Position numbers and translations under genes: made by a program
Shown: piece after piece, positions 39,151 through 51,317 of the stretch
How the letters are laid out: every line of letters begins with the position of its first letter
How positions within the stretch are numbered: position 1 is the stretch's first letter
The notes under the pieces: model-generated
The model's input: only the letters and a program-made list of their open reading frames with translations
What the model was told of the DNA's origin: nothing
Database searches by the model: none
NCBI RefSeq assembly: GCF_006345805.1
Contig: NC_043014.1
Coordinates: 55,242,001-55,306,000, forward strand
Source of the DNA: Octopus sinensis
Taxonomy: Eukaryota
Reading direction: 5' to 3'
Length of the DNA: 64,000 bases

Positions 39151-39186
39151 CTTTTATATTTCGAGCCTACGCTCTTCGACAGAAAG
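39151..39186 (-). ncRNA. Minimal hammerhead-like motif, A6U variant
   Basis: CTTT-CTGTCGA-A-GAGC(GTAG)GCTC-GAAA-TAT-A-AAAG. All three helices are present. Confidence 0.5.
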
Positions 39187-40375
39187 GAACACAGAAATAA
39201 ACAGAGAGAGAAATTAGAAAAAGGTTCAGTGGCTAGCGATCTATCATCGTTTAATGTCCGTTTTCCATGCTGGCATGGGTTGGATGGTTTGACTGGGGTC
39301 TGGCAAGCCAGGCTCCAATCTGATATATATATATGAATGTGTGCGTGGTTGTGTTATCTTGTATTGCCCTTACATGACAGTTTTAAATGAGTGCCACTGT
39401 TATACAAGCAGTGTCATTCATTCATTCATTTCCAATATTCTGTGAAAAACATCATCATCATCGTTTAACGTCTGTTTTCCATGCTAGCATGGGTTGGACG
39501 GTTCAACTGGGGGCTGGGAAGCCAGAAGGCTGCACCAGGCCCAGTCTGATCTGGCAATGTTTCTATGGCTGGATGCCCTTCCTAACGCCAACCACTCCGT
39601 GAGTGTAGTGGGTGCCTTTTACGTGCCACCGGCACGGGGGCCAGACGGGGCTGGCAAACGGCCACGGTCAGATGGTGCTTTTTACGTGCCACCGGCATGT
39701 CTGGCAAATATTATTTTGCATTGAAACAGGTGAGGGTGGGTAACAGAAAGGGCAGCCTCAATAAACTTCATCCCACTCAGGCAAGCATGGAAAAGTAGGC
39801 ATTAAAATGATGATGATGATGATACATGCAAACACACACACACACTGGAGTGACACTCTTTCACTCACTCTGTTCCTTCATATCTTCTTTTACCATTTCT
39901 ATTACTGTTACTTTCTCTCTCTCTCTCATGATTTCTATATCAAACAAGTTGATGCCAGTTTGGGTTGCAGCTTCTAGCTGCCCTACTTTATCAGAATTCA
40001 GAAATGCTCCAAAGCACAAAGATAGCATTCTTTACTGCAAAACTTTCATATATATATATATAAATATATATATTGATTAAACTTTTCAAATTTTTCAAAG
40101 TACCTCCACCACCACCACCACCACCACCACTTTCATCTCCTCTAAGAAAATTTGTGAAGTAGCATGAGCTTCATGCCAAAATTGGTGGAAAGATTCCAAT
40201 GTGTGTATTTTGGTAAACTTTTTGGTTTACAGGGTTAGAAACTCTAAGCAGCTTTTCAAGTTTTTAACTTTTATCTTCTAAAAATTCTGTAAACGGCAGA
40301 TTAATATTTGGAAGGTGAAGGCGAGATGAATATGTTTCTCTTTTCTCCTTTTCAAAACCTGTAACATTTGATTAT

Positions 40376-40746
40376 ATACTCTTTTACTTGTTTCAGTCAT
40401 TTGACTGCGGCCATGCTGGAGCACCGCCTTTAATCGAGCAACTCGACCCCGGGACTTATTCTTTTGTAAGCCCAGTACTTATTCTATCGGTCTCTATTGC
40501 CGAACAGCTAAGTAACGGGCACATAAACACACCAGCATCGGTTGTCAAGCAATGCTAGGGGGACAAACACAGACACATACATATATATATATACAACGGG
40601 CTTCTTTCAGTTTCTGTCTACTTAATCCAATCACAAGACTTTGGTCGGCCCAAGGCTATAGTAGAAGACACTTGCCCAAGGCGCCACACAGTGGGACTGA
40701 ACCCGGAACCATGTGGTTGGTAAACAAGCTACTTACCACACAGCCA
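40376..40746 (-). mobile_element. Family-A SINE
   Basis: Near-consensus copy. Confidence 0.85.
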
Positions 40747-40847
40747 TCATATGTCTGCCTTCCATGCTGGTATGGGTTGATTGGTTTGACAAGAATTGGT
40801 AAGCCAGATGACTGTGCCAAGCTCCAACATCGGTGTATGCTTATATA

Positions 40848-41359
40848 CCGTAAATCCTCGAGTATAGTCCGCTCTTGAGTATAATACGCAGGGGATTTTT
40901 AGGGGGCTGTACCTCTGAAAAACCTAAACCTTGTGTATAATACGCACTCCTTCTCTAACTTGAGTCAAGGAGGTCTATATAATGTCCTTGGTTTGTAAAA
41001 ATGTATACAGTAACGTCCTTTATTATTATTGTATATATAACATAATGCAAACGTGTAGCTTTTTTGTGCATTTTGTTTGCAGAAAATAAAGAAATAGCAG
41101 TAATAACGTTTAATAAATGTTGCTTACTGCATGTTATAGATGATTCTTTTATGACTTCATTGCTTTCTGGCTTAGCTTAAGGTATTTTCATGTCCGGCAT
41201 CACAAAATGCATCTGAATAAAAATTGTCGGACAGCAAATAGAGACTCGGACATTGCTTAGAAACTATTTTTCATTTTAAACCTTGTATATAGTATGCACT
41301 AGGGATTTTGACCTTTAAATTTTGGGGAAAAAATGCGGATTATACTCAAGGATTTACGG
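40848..41359. mobile_element. Tc1/mariner-superfamily MITE
   Basis: 25-bp TIRs CCGTAAATCCTYGAGTATARTCCGC (23/25 match) flanked by TA on both sides. Confidence 0.88.
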
Positions 41360-41697
41360 TATATATATATTTTGGATTTGGTTTGCAAGATTCTTTATGT
41401 GAGTTCCTTTGTTGAAGCATATTCTGTTGTGTCTGAGGAGAGTCATTCTCTTTTCATGCCTTATAATTTAATCGTATAACATCTGCCCTTCATGCTGGCA
41501 TGGGTGGGACAGTTTGATAGGGGCCGGCCAGGCAGAAGCCCGCACTAGACTTCTGTGTCTCTTCTGTCAGGGTTTTTATGACTGGATGCCCTTCCTAACA
41601 TCAACCACCCAGGAAAGGGGACTAATATATAGTCTGTTCTCATTCACCATCAGCAAACATCGACCCATGACGGACTTTTTCATTTTTTAAATTTCAG

Positions 41698-41776
41698 TTA
41701 TTCCGCAGAGGAGAAGACTAATTATGTTTTGGAGTACCAAGCTGCCGAACAACAGAGGCTGACCGAGCAGTCACAG
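41698..41776 (+). CDS. TDRD9: TDRD9 exon 2
   Basis: Acceptor tttcag and donor CAG|GTGAG. Phase 2-0 fits both neighbours. Open peptide (S)YSAEEKTNYVLEYQAAEQQRLTEQSQ. Confidence 0.7.
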
Positions 41777-41867
41777 GTGAGCGAGTACAACAGGTTCTTG
41801 GGTCAAAGACACCGTTTCAACACTTGCTAGCATTTATTAATAGAAGCTTTTTGTTATGGATGTCGTT

Positions 41868-42192
41868 GTTTCTTCTTCTTCTTCTTCTCCTCCTTCTTTT
41901 CCTTCTTCTTCTTTTCCTTCTTCTTCTCCTCTTCTTCTTTTTCTCTCCTCCTCCTTCTTCTCCTCTTCTTTTCCTTCTTCTTCTCCTCCTCTGCTTTTCC
42001 TTCTTCTTCCCCTCCTCCTCTTCTTTTCCTTCTTCTTTTTTTCCTTCTTCTTCTCCTCCTCCTCCTTTTCCTTTTTTCTCTCCTCCTTCTCCTTCTTCCT
42101 CTTTTTCTTTTTCTTCTCCTCCCCCCTCCTCCTCCTCCTCCTCCTCCATCTTCTTTCTTCTTCTTCTTCCTCCATCTTCTTCCTTCTTCTTC
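41868..42192 (+). repeat. (CTT/CCT)n polypyrimidine tract
   Basis: Direct reading of the sequence. Confidence 0.95.
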
Positions 42193-42365
42193 GTTAGTGA
42201 CATTAATTACATTGTACACACAACAGCAGCTCCCCACCACTGGACCTACTCATGAGGCTGTTTCCTTTCATCTCCACCTTCGTCCCCTCCCACCTACATG
42301 TTTTTATATTTGATGGTAATGGAGGAGATTTACTGCTGACATCTCATTCTTCATCTCCTTATGCT

Positions 42366-42790
42366 TTTCATCATCATCATCATCATCATCACCCTCCCAC
42401 CCACCTTCGATCTACCAATGTAATTATCACAATCATTACCGTCATTGCCTCTACAATCATCATCATCATCATCATCATCTCTATCAACACCACCAGTTTC
42501 ACTATCCCCATCACCATCATCACAAACATCATCACCAAGGCCACTACCATCACCACTATCATCAACACCATCACTATCACCACCACCACCACCATCATCA
42601 ACACCATCACTATCACCACCACCACCATCATCATCAACACCATCACTATCACTACCACCACCATCATCAACATCATCACTACTACCACCACCACCATCAT
42701 CAACACCATCACTATCACCACCACCACCACCATCATCATCAACACCACCACCACCACCACTACTGTCATCATCATCATCACCACCACCTC
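42366..42790 (+). repeat. (ACC/ATC)n tract with about 30-bp higher-order periodicity
   Basis: Repeated ACCATCATCAACACCATCACTATCACCACC-like units. Confidence 0.9.
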
Positions 42791-43029
42791 CCCCATAACA
42801 ATTACTTCTGCCTTCATTATTGGCTCTAATCTTTCATTCATCATCTCCTCTTCCCCATTCCTCCTGCCACTCCATCCTCACCGTCTTCATCGTCACAAAC
42901 ATTCACCGTTGCCTTTACTTTCATCAACATGATGATGGTGATGATGGTGATAATCATCATCATCATCATCATCATTTATGAATTTGGTGATTGATGGAAA
43001 TTGCCTTTCAGTTCAGATTTCTCCTATCC

Positions 43030-43249
43030 TATTTCTTTACTACCCACAAGGGGCTAAACACAGAGGGGACAAACAGGGACAGACGAACGGATTAAGTCGA
43101 TTACATCGACCCCAGTACGTAACTGGTACTTAATTTATCGACCCCGAAAGGATGAAAGGCAAAGTCGAATTTGAACTCAGAACGCAGCAGTGGATGAAAT
43201 ACCGCTAAGCATTTCGCTTGGCGTGCTAACGTTTCTGCCAGCTCGCCAC
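43030..43249 (-). mobile_element. Family-B SINE
   Basis: Near-consensus reverse-complement copy. Confidence 0.85.
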
Positions 43250-44387
43250 CTTTCTCCTATCCATCAACCAATTGAATCTCCCATCAGTTATGTGTGTGTG
43301 TGTGTCTGTGTATATTTTGTACAGCAATTTATTATATTTTCTTTGCCCTGACCCTTGTGGAATAGAATTACAAATTCCTCCTCTGCATAGGGCGAGGCCA
43401 CAGTTTCCACCATAGGTGGCACAATTGCCACCGACGGGGTTTCGGAACATGCCGGCAGTGTATTAGTAACCACCGGCAGTGCCCCATTTTTCTCTTCCCC
43501 ATAAAACGGAAGTTCTTCCGTTTTATCCGGAAGATTTTTCTTCCCTCCCGCAGCCTTAGGATCCCTCGGTGGGCAACCATTGTTACTCACCTTCTTCCTT
43601 TTTCCAACCACTTCACTTAGGGACACCCTGTAACTTGAGGGTACACTCCATCACACCTTCACCAACTCCCCCCTCTCTCATCACTTGGCACAAGCCACCT
43701 CTCCTTCAATACTAACCCACCCACCTCAGACGAGGGGAGCCTTGTCCTGTAAGGTACTCGGTGACCTCAATGGTGCTGGCACCACATAAAAAGCACCCAG
43801 TCCACTCTGTAAAGGGGTTGGCTTTGGCATGATTTCTAAGGCGGCGAGCTGGCAGAACCATTAGCACGCTGGGCGAAATGCCTAGCGGTATTTCGTCTGC
43901 CATTACAATCTGAGTTCAAATTCCGCAGAGGTCGACTTTGCCTTTCATCCTTTCAGGGTCAATAAATTAAGTACCAGTCACTCACTCGGGTCGATATAAT
44001 CGACTTAATCTGTTTGTCCTCTTTGTGTTTAGTCCCTTGTGGGTAGTAAAGAAATAGATTTCTATGGCATCCAGCTGTAAGAAACTATGCCAAAGCAAAC
44101 AGGAGAGTTTGGTTTTCCAGCTCCTGTCAGACTTTCCAACATGTAACAGCATGGAAAACGAACATCAAATCATAATAATGATAACATATATCCACCCATC
44201 CACACACACACTCTTGTTTATGCATAAACTTCATAAACATTGTCTATTTTCAAATCTTCCTTGTTTTGTCTACAATAGATTTGTCAAAATAAATGTCAAA
44301 ATTTAATTATTTTTTTTGCTTCAGTTTGAAATAGTTTTAAAATATTTATTAGATCCAACTCATTCCATTTTATTAAAACTGTTTTAA

Positions 44388-44608
44388 CCCTTTTGTGACC
44401 AACCTGGCTGAAGCCGGCTCTGGCTCTGTAGTACAAATGTCTTGTTTCCAAAAGTTCTGAATTAAAATCTTCCACCAAACCTTAGTCACAATTTATGTTC
44501 CTAACACTAACTGAATGATAACTAAGTTATTTTACTAAATTCTTTGTTATATTTAAAGTAATTGAAAGAAACACAGAACATCTCAAAATAAATACAGTAA
44601 CGAAAGGG
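44388..44608. mobile_element. piggyBac-like MITE
   Basis: TTAA|CCCTTT...AAAGGG|TTAA, with a 12-bp TIR matching 10/12. Confidence 0.8.
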
Positions 44609-44813
44609 TTAAATTACTTACTCAAGCCAGTGAGTGAGCCTCTATGCGGTTGGTTAACAAGTTAGAAATAGTAGTCAGACCTCCTTCAAATCACGGCCTA
44701 CAATCTTAAAATGAGACATTGAATAAAGTAGTCATAAACATATCATCATCATCATCATCGTCATCGTTTAACATCCGCTTTCCATGCTGGCATGGGTGGA
44801 ACGGTTTGACTGA

Positions 44814-45085
44814 GACCTCTGGCGATATACCAAGCTTGAGAAAACCTGTCAAGCCAAGTGAGATCATAGCCATGGCTGATGCTGGTGTCGCATAAGTGGC
44901 ACCTGTGCTGGTGGCACGTAAAAGGCACCCACTACGCTGTTGGAGTGGGGTTGGCTTTAGGAAGAGCATCCAGCTGTAGAAACCTTGCCAAATCAGATCG
45001 GAACCTGGAGCAGTCCCCTGGTTTGCCAGTTTTCAGTCAAACCGTCCAACCCATGCCAGCATGGAAAGCAAACGTTAAATGATGA
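44814..45085 (+). mobile_element. 5'-truncated RTE LINE: last codons plus 3'UTR
   Basis: DLWRYTKLEKTCQAK* (44814-44861) runs directly into the GTGGCACGTAAAAGGCACC unit and the CCAACCCATGCCAGCATGGAAAG...TTAAATGATGA tail. Confidence 0.85.
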
Positions 45086-45286
45086 AAAAGCTCAACCATA
45101 AGCCCCTTACATGTGTGCCTGTGTAAAGTGGTCGGTGCTAGGGAGAGCATCCAGCTGTTGAGACCGTGCTGGGCTGGACAGTGGAGCTTGGCACAACCCT
45201 CTGGATTACCAGCTCCTGTCCAGTTGTCCAGCTCATGCCCGCATGAAAGACGGGCATTAAAAGATGATGATGTATATAGACATGCA

Positions 45287-45518
45287 ACCGGTGAGCTGGC
45301 AGAAACGTTAGCACGCCGGGCGAAAGGCGTAGCCGTATTTCGTCTGCAGTTACGTTCTGAGTTCAAATTCCGCCGAGGTCGACTTTGCCTTTCATCCTTT
45401 CGGGGTCGATAAATTAAGTACCAGTTACGCACTGGGGTCGATGTAATTGACTTAATCCCTTTGTCTGTCCTTGTTTGTCCCCTCTGTGTTTAGCCCCTTG
45501 TGGGCAATAAAGAAATAG
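45287..45518 (+). mobile_element. Family-B SINE, full length
   Basis: A/B-box head through the tail AAAGAAATAGG. Confidence 0.9.
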
Positions 45519-45668
45519 GTATATATACACACACACACACCACTGTCAACTCACACACATACACACAAACATATATAAAGACTCTATGAAATATGAAACT
45601 TGCAATAATATTCGGTCTTACTCAGTGTTAAATATTCTCTCATTTGCTGACCCCCAGTCATGTAAATC

Positions 45669-45676
45669 TGCTGCTG

Positions 45677-45725
<49 letters not shown>

Positions 45726-45738
45726 CACCACCACCACC

Positions 45739-45792
<54 letters not shown>

Positions 45793-45807
45793 ACTACTAC
45801 AACCACC

Positions 45808-45840
<33 letters not shown>

Positions 45841-45933
45841 GCTACTACTACTACTGCTACTACTGCTACTGCTGCTGCTGCTACTACTACTACTACTGCT
45901 GCTGCTACTACTACTACTACTACTACTACTGCT
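45669..45933 (+). repeat. Compound (CTG/CTA/CCA)n triplet tract before exon 3
   Basis: Direct reading of the sequence. Confidence 0.95.
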
Positions 45934-45966
45934 ACATGCCTTTGTGTTTCTGTTTTCCCTTTGTAG

Positions 45967-46149
45967 ATGTGTGGCGATGTGAATGTTTCCGCAAACGAAG
46001 CTTCTTTGAACCAGCTGGAGGAAGACTCTGGCCTCACAGAGATCTCCAGCAACATCAAAGAAAACTTAAGGCTGAACACAGACGTCTACGAAGGATTCAC
46101 ATTCAGTCATTCTTCCACAGTTCTACCGATTGAAGAACACAAGAGTCAG
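45967..46149 (+). CDS. TDRD9: TDRD9 exon 3
   Basis: Acceptor ttgtag, donor CAG|GTAAC, 61 codons. Ends in ...LPIEEHKSQ, the typical pre-motif-I segment of DExH helicases. Confidence 0.85.
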
Positions 46150-47681
46150 GTAACATTTCATTTCGCTCATTCTCTTTGAACTTTTTCTTCAAAGCTGATG
46201 TTTTTAAAAAAAAAATTCTTTATTTTTTTACAAGTATTTGTTAGTTTTGATGACTTTTTTCTTTTGTCTTTTTCTTGCTTCAGTCATATGACTGTGGCCA
46301 TGCTGGGGCACCACCTCCAAGAATTTTTAGTTGAATGACTTGATCCCAGTACTATTTTTCTTATTCAAAGCCTGGCACTTATTCTGTTGGTCACTTTTGC
46401 CCAGGACTCTGGAGTCAAAACAAAAGACTCTGACTCCTCTACTATCGACACCTCTGACTCCTCTTTATGTAATTAAGTGATTCTGGTCTACATATCTCAT
46501 AAAGCATATGCATACGCTTGCCGATGCCAGCGCCGCCTTGACTGGCTTCTGTGCCGGTGGCACGTAAAATGCACCAACCGATCATGGCCTTTGCCAGCCT
46601 CCCCTGGCACGTAAAAAGCACCATCCGTATGTGGCCAATGCCAGCGCCGCCTTGACTGGCTTCCATGCCAGTGGCACCTAAAAAGCACCAACCGATCGGG
46701 GCCGTTTGCCAGCCTCGTCTGGCACCTGTGCCGGTGGCATGTAAAAAGCATCCACTACACTCACGGAGTGGTTGGCGTTAGGAAGGGCATCCAGCTGTAG
46801 AAACACTGCCAGATCAGACTGGAGCCTGGTGCTGCCTTCTGGCTTCCCAGACCCTGGTCAAACTGTCCAACCCATGTTCCGATGATGGTGCTTGTAAAAT
46901 GAGTTCCTGCAATAGATGGGAAGTTACCTCTGTGATGGACTAGCATCCTGTTCAGGAGGAAGATGTTTTAACCTCAGTCACTTGTAATACCACGGAAACC
47001 AGGGTAAATCCTAGTCTTATGAGTCCTTGGGCTTCAGACGGACTTAAGTGGAATGAAGTGTTTTGTTCAAGGAAAAAAAAGTGCTGCTCAGTCTGGGAAT
47101 TGAAACTGTGATCTTACCATTGTGAGTGTAATACCTTAACTCCTAGGCCATTAAAATCTGAACAACAACAACAACAGGCATGTTGTATAGGTGCAGGAAT
47201 GGTGGTGTGGTTAAGAAGCTTGTTTTGCAACCACATGGTTCCAGGTTCAATCCTACTGCATGGCACCCTGGGCAAGAGTCTTCTGCTTTAGCCTTGGATC
47301 AACCAATGCCATGTGGATGGATTTGGTTGATAGGAAACTGTGTGGAAGCCCATTGTGTATGTATGAGTGTGTGTGTGTCTTTGCGTTTGACCCCCTGCCC
47401 TCAATGCTTGATGACTGCTGTTGGTTTGTTTACATCTCCATAACTTAGCAGTTCAGCTAAAGAGACCAATGAAACTAGCAAAAGTACTGGGTTCAATTTG
47501 TTTGACTAAAAACCTTATAAGGTGGTGCTCCAGCCTGGTCGCAGTCCAATGATTAAGACAGGGAAAAGGTAAGACAGACAACCATTTCCTTTCACATGTT
47601 TAGACATTTCACCAGAGTTTCCTTTTCTTTTTTTTTCGTTCCTCTCATTCTTGCCCCTTTTTTTGTTTTTTTGGTAAACAG

Positions 47682-47903
47682 ATTATAAACACTGTTGAAA
47701 GTAATCAGGTGACTGTGATCCAGGGTCCGACCGGCTCTGGGAAAACCACACAAGTTCCTCAGTTCATTCTGGACCATTATGCATCCAAGAACCAGTATTG
47801 TAACATTGTTGTCACTCAACCGAGAAGGATCGCTGCCATCAGCATTGCCAAAAGAATTTGTCAAGAAAGACGATGGAAGTTAGGGACATTTTGTGGATAT
47901 CAG
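47682..47903 (+). CDS. TDRD9: TDRD9 exon 4 (Walker A, motif Ia)
   Basis: IINTVESNQVTVIQGPTGSGKTTQVPQFILD...TQPRRIAAISIAKRICQER...GYQ. Boundaries cag| and |gtgaa, 74 codons. Confidence 0.95.
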
Positions 47904-48611
47904 GTGAATTTTGAACCCTTCGATTTATTAATAATCAAAGCCCATCGCCTTATTTTTGTTTCCTAACAATCAATTTAAAAAAGTAGAGAGATCTTTCACA
48001 CTCAACCTCTCAACTATATGCAAACTTATTTACTCACACTTTTTTAAAATGCTGACCATGAAGACAAAATACTGTATATTAATTAATAAATAAATATCAT
48101 CCGAATGTGGCCGATGCCAGCGCCGCCTTGGCTGGCTTCCGTGCCGGTGGCACGTTAAAAGCACCAACTGATCGTGGCCGATGCCGGACTTCCCTGGCAC
48201 CTGTGCAGGTGGCACGTAATAAAACACCCACTACACTCGCGGAGTGGTTGGCGTTAGGAAGGGCATCCAGCTGTAGAAACACTGCCAGATCAGACTGGAG
48301 CCTGGTGCAGCCTCCTGGCTTCCCAGATCCCCGGTCGAACCGTCCAACCTGTGCTAGCATGGAAAACAGACGTTAAACGATGATGATGATGATATTCTTT
48401 CACTGGTTTCATTATATGACCACCACCACCAAGCCATTTTAATGAATGAATATACTTGTTATTCTTGATCTTAGAATGGCCGAGTCAGAATGAGCGTTGT
48501 AAGACGAAACTGCAATGTAATGAAATAAATACTGCAATGTTTTTATGAATTTTGCCAATATTCACACAGCAGCATTGTTTTAAGGTCCACTTTTCCATGC
48601 TTGTACGGATC

Positions 48612-48830
48612 AGATTTCCTGGTTTCCTTGGCGTACAGGTTCCCCACCTGGACGGGATGCCGGTCCGTCGCAGGTGAGCTGCAAGATGCAGGAATAAAGA
48701 GAGAGAAAGTTGTGGCAAAAGTGTCAGTAGAAACTTCCCATTACATTCTGCTGGAGCCGCGTGGAGCTTAGGTGTTTCGCTCATAAGTACACACATCACA
48801 CGGTCTGAGATAACAATTGCAAATACTACC
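48612..48830 (-). mobile_element. Headless SINE fragment
   Basis: Its GAGCGAAACACCTAAGCTCCACG resembles the family-D body. Its CCTGCGACGGACCGGCATCCCGTCCAGG resembles a V-SINE-type segment (from memory). Related sequence lies near 46925-47020. Confidence 0.45.
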
Positions 48831-49631
48831 GAACACTTTTTAATATTCTTCTGTTTTATTGTTTACCCTTAATTAAATATAGCAGTTCAAAGAAGACATG
48901 AACAAATTGTAGCATTGAGAATGGCTGGTGTATAGAATTAAGGGTTTTGATGAAAGCTAAGGGTTAGCATTTTGAATTGTAAATATGTGAAAAACATTGT
49001 CAATACATCAACCTGTAAACACTCATTAACTAAAACCTGAAACTTTTTTTTAGCTAATTAGTGACCTCACTGGTGCTGGTGTCACAAAAAGCACCTGTAC
49101 TGATGTCACGTAAAAAGCACCTGTGCTGGTGTCACATGAAATGTACTCTGTAAAGTGGTTGGCATTAGGAAGGGCATCCAACTATAGAAACCATGCCAGA
49201 ATAGACAGTTGGAGCCTGGCATAGCTCTCCGCCCTTGCCAGCTCCTGTTGAACTGTCTAATCCATGCCAGCATAGAAAACGGCGTTAAATGATGATGATA
49301 TATATACTGCACCTGGATGTACTGACTGCATCTTACTATGCACCAGCACTAAAGGGGTTGTCTTGTCCCCAGCAAAAACTCGAGAACCCTCTCTGCCTTG
49401 TATTCACTCATTCACCAATCAGAATTCCAGAGTGTATTTGGTGCACTTCTTAGTAAAGTGGTGACTGGTTAGCAAGTGGAAACTGGATAATTTGTTTCAT
49501 CTCTGAAGATGAAGTTAATTATCGGAGTAATTAGCATCTCATCTTGAAATGTTTAGGCACTTAATTTGGTGTTTGTTAATTAATTGTATTTTTCCCTTTG
49601 GTTTTGATCATGTTTTAATCAATCGTTTTAG

Positions 49632-49754
49632 GTTGGAATGGACCGAGAAGTCTCTCCGAACACGCGGCTGACCTACATGACCACTGGAGTCCTTCTGCAG
49701 AAACTTATTAATAAGAAGGACGTTAATGATTATACACACGTCATCCTTGACGAG
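49632..49754 (+). CDS. TDRD9: TDRD9 exon 5
   Basis: VGMDREVSPNTRLTYMTTGVLLQKLINKKDVNDYTHVILDE. AG/GT boundaries, phase 0-0. Confidence 0.95.
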
Positions 49755-49799
49755 GTTTGTAATGCTTGACACACACACACACACACACACATGTGCTTA

Positions 49800-51196
49800 G
49801 TATCATCATCATCATCATCATCACCACTATAATTGTTGCTACTGCCACCACCACCACCACCACCACCACCTTTATTATCATCAGCAGCAAAATCACCACC
49901 ACCACTGCCAACATCACCACCCACCACCACCACTATCACCACCACCACCACCGCCACCACCACCACTATCACCAACCACCACCACCACCACTATCACCAC
50001 CACCACCACCACCACCACTATCACCACCACCACCACCACCACCAACATCACCACCACCATCACCACCACCAACATCACCACCACCATCACCACACCACAC
50101 CGCCACCACCACCACCCACCACCACCACCACTATCACCACCACCACCACCACCACCACCCACCACCACCACCACTATCACCACCCCACCCACCACACCAC
50201 CACCACCACCATCCACCACCACCATCACCACCATCACCACCACCAACATCACCACCACCTCACCACCACCACCACCGCCACCACCACCACCCACCACCAC
50301 CCATATCACCACCACCACCACCACCACTGCCACATCACCACCACAGCACCACCACCACCACCACCACAACCACCACTAACCACCACCACTATCACCACCA
50401 CCACCACCACCACTGCCACCACCACCACACCACCACTATCACCACCACCACCACCACCACTGCCAACATCACCACCACCACTGCCAACATCACCACTATC
50501 ACCACCACCTCCACCACCACCACTCCACTGCCACCATCACCACCACCAACATCACCACCCACCACCACCACCACCATCACCACCCACCACCACCACCACC
50601 ATCACCACCCACCACCACCACTATCACCACCACCCACCGCACCACCACCACCACCACCACCACCCACCCTCACCACCACCACCACCGCCACCCCACCACC
50701 ACCACCACCACCATCATCACCACCACTATCAACCACCACCACCACCACCACCACCACCACCGCTTCCAAATCACCATCACCACCCACCACTATCACACCA
50801 CCACCACCACTGCACCATCCCACCACACCACCACCACCACCACCCCCCCCCCCATATCACCACCACCACCACCACCACTGCCAACATCACCACCCACCAC
50901 CACCACTATCACCACCACCACCACCACCACTGCCAACATCACCACATCACCACCAACCCACCACTATCACCACCACCACCACCACAACTGCCAAAATCAC
51001 CACCATCACCACCCACCACCACCACTATCACCACCACCACCACACACCACTGCCACCATCACCACCATCACCACCCACCACCACCACTATCACCACCACC
51101 ACCACCACCACTGCCAACATCACCACCATCACCACCACCACCACCGCTTCCAACATCACCATCACCACCCACCACCACCATCCACCATCCACCACC
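49800..51196 (+). repeat. About 1.4-kb (CAC/CAT)n low-complexity tract filling TDRD9 intron 5
   Basis: Continuous degenerate triplet repeat between exons 5 and 6. Confidence 0.95.
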
Positions 51197-51236
51197 GTGT
51201 TCTTATTGTTGTTGTTGTCATCTTTTTGCTCCACAG

Positions 51237-51317
51237 ATCCATGAACGAGATCAAGAGACAGACTTCTGCATCCTCATAGTGCGGAAATTCCTTCGTTCCG
51301 TTTCCAGAGGAATTCGA
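51237..51317 (+). CDS. TDRD9: TDRD9 exon 6 (completes the DEIH box)
   Basis: IHERDQETDFCILIVRKFLRSVSRGIR. Boundaries cag| and |gtaagt. Confidence 0.95.

Noticed and set aside
42252-42932. Long Thr/Ile-rich ORF, plus similar ORFs at 29693-30316, 41817-42255, 45586-46079 and 3640-4176
   Set aside because: Low-complexity repeat translations.
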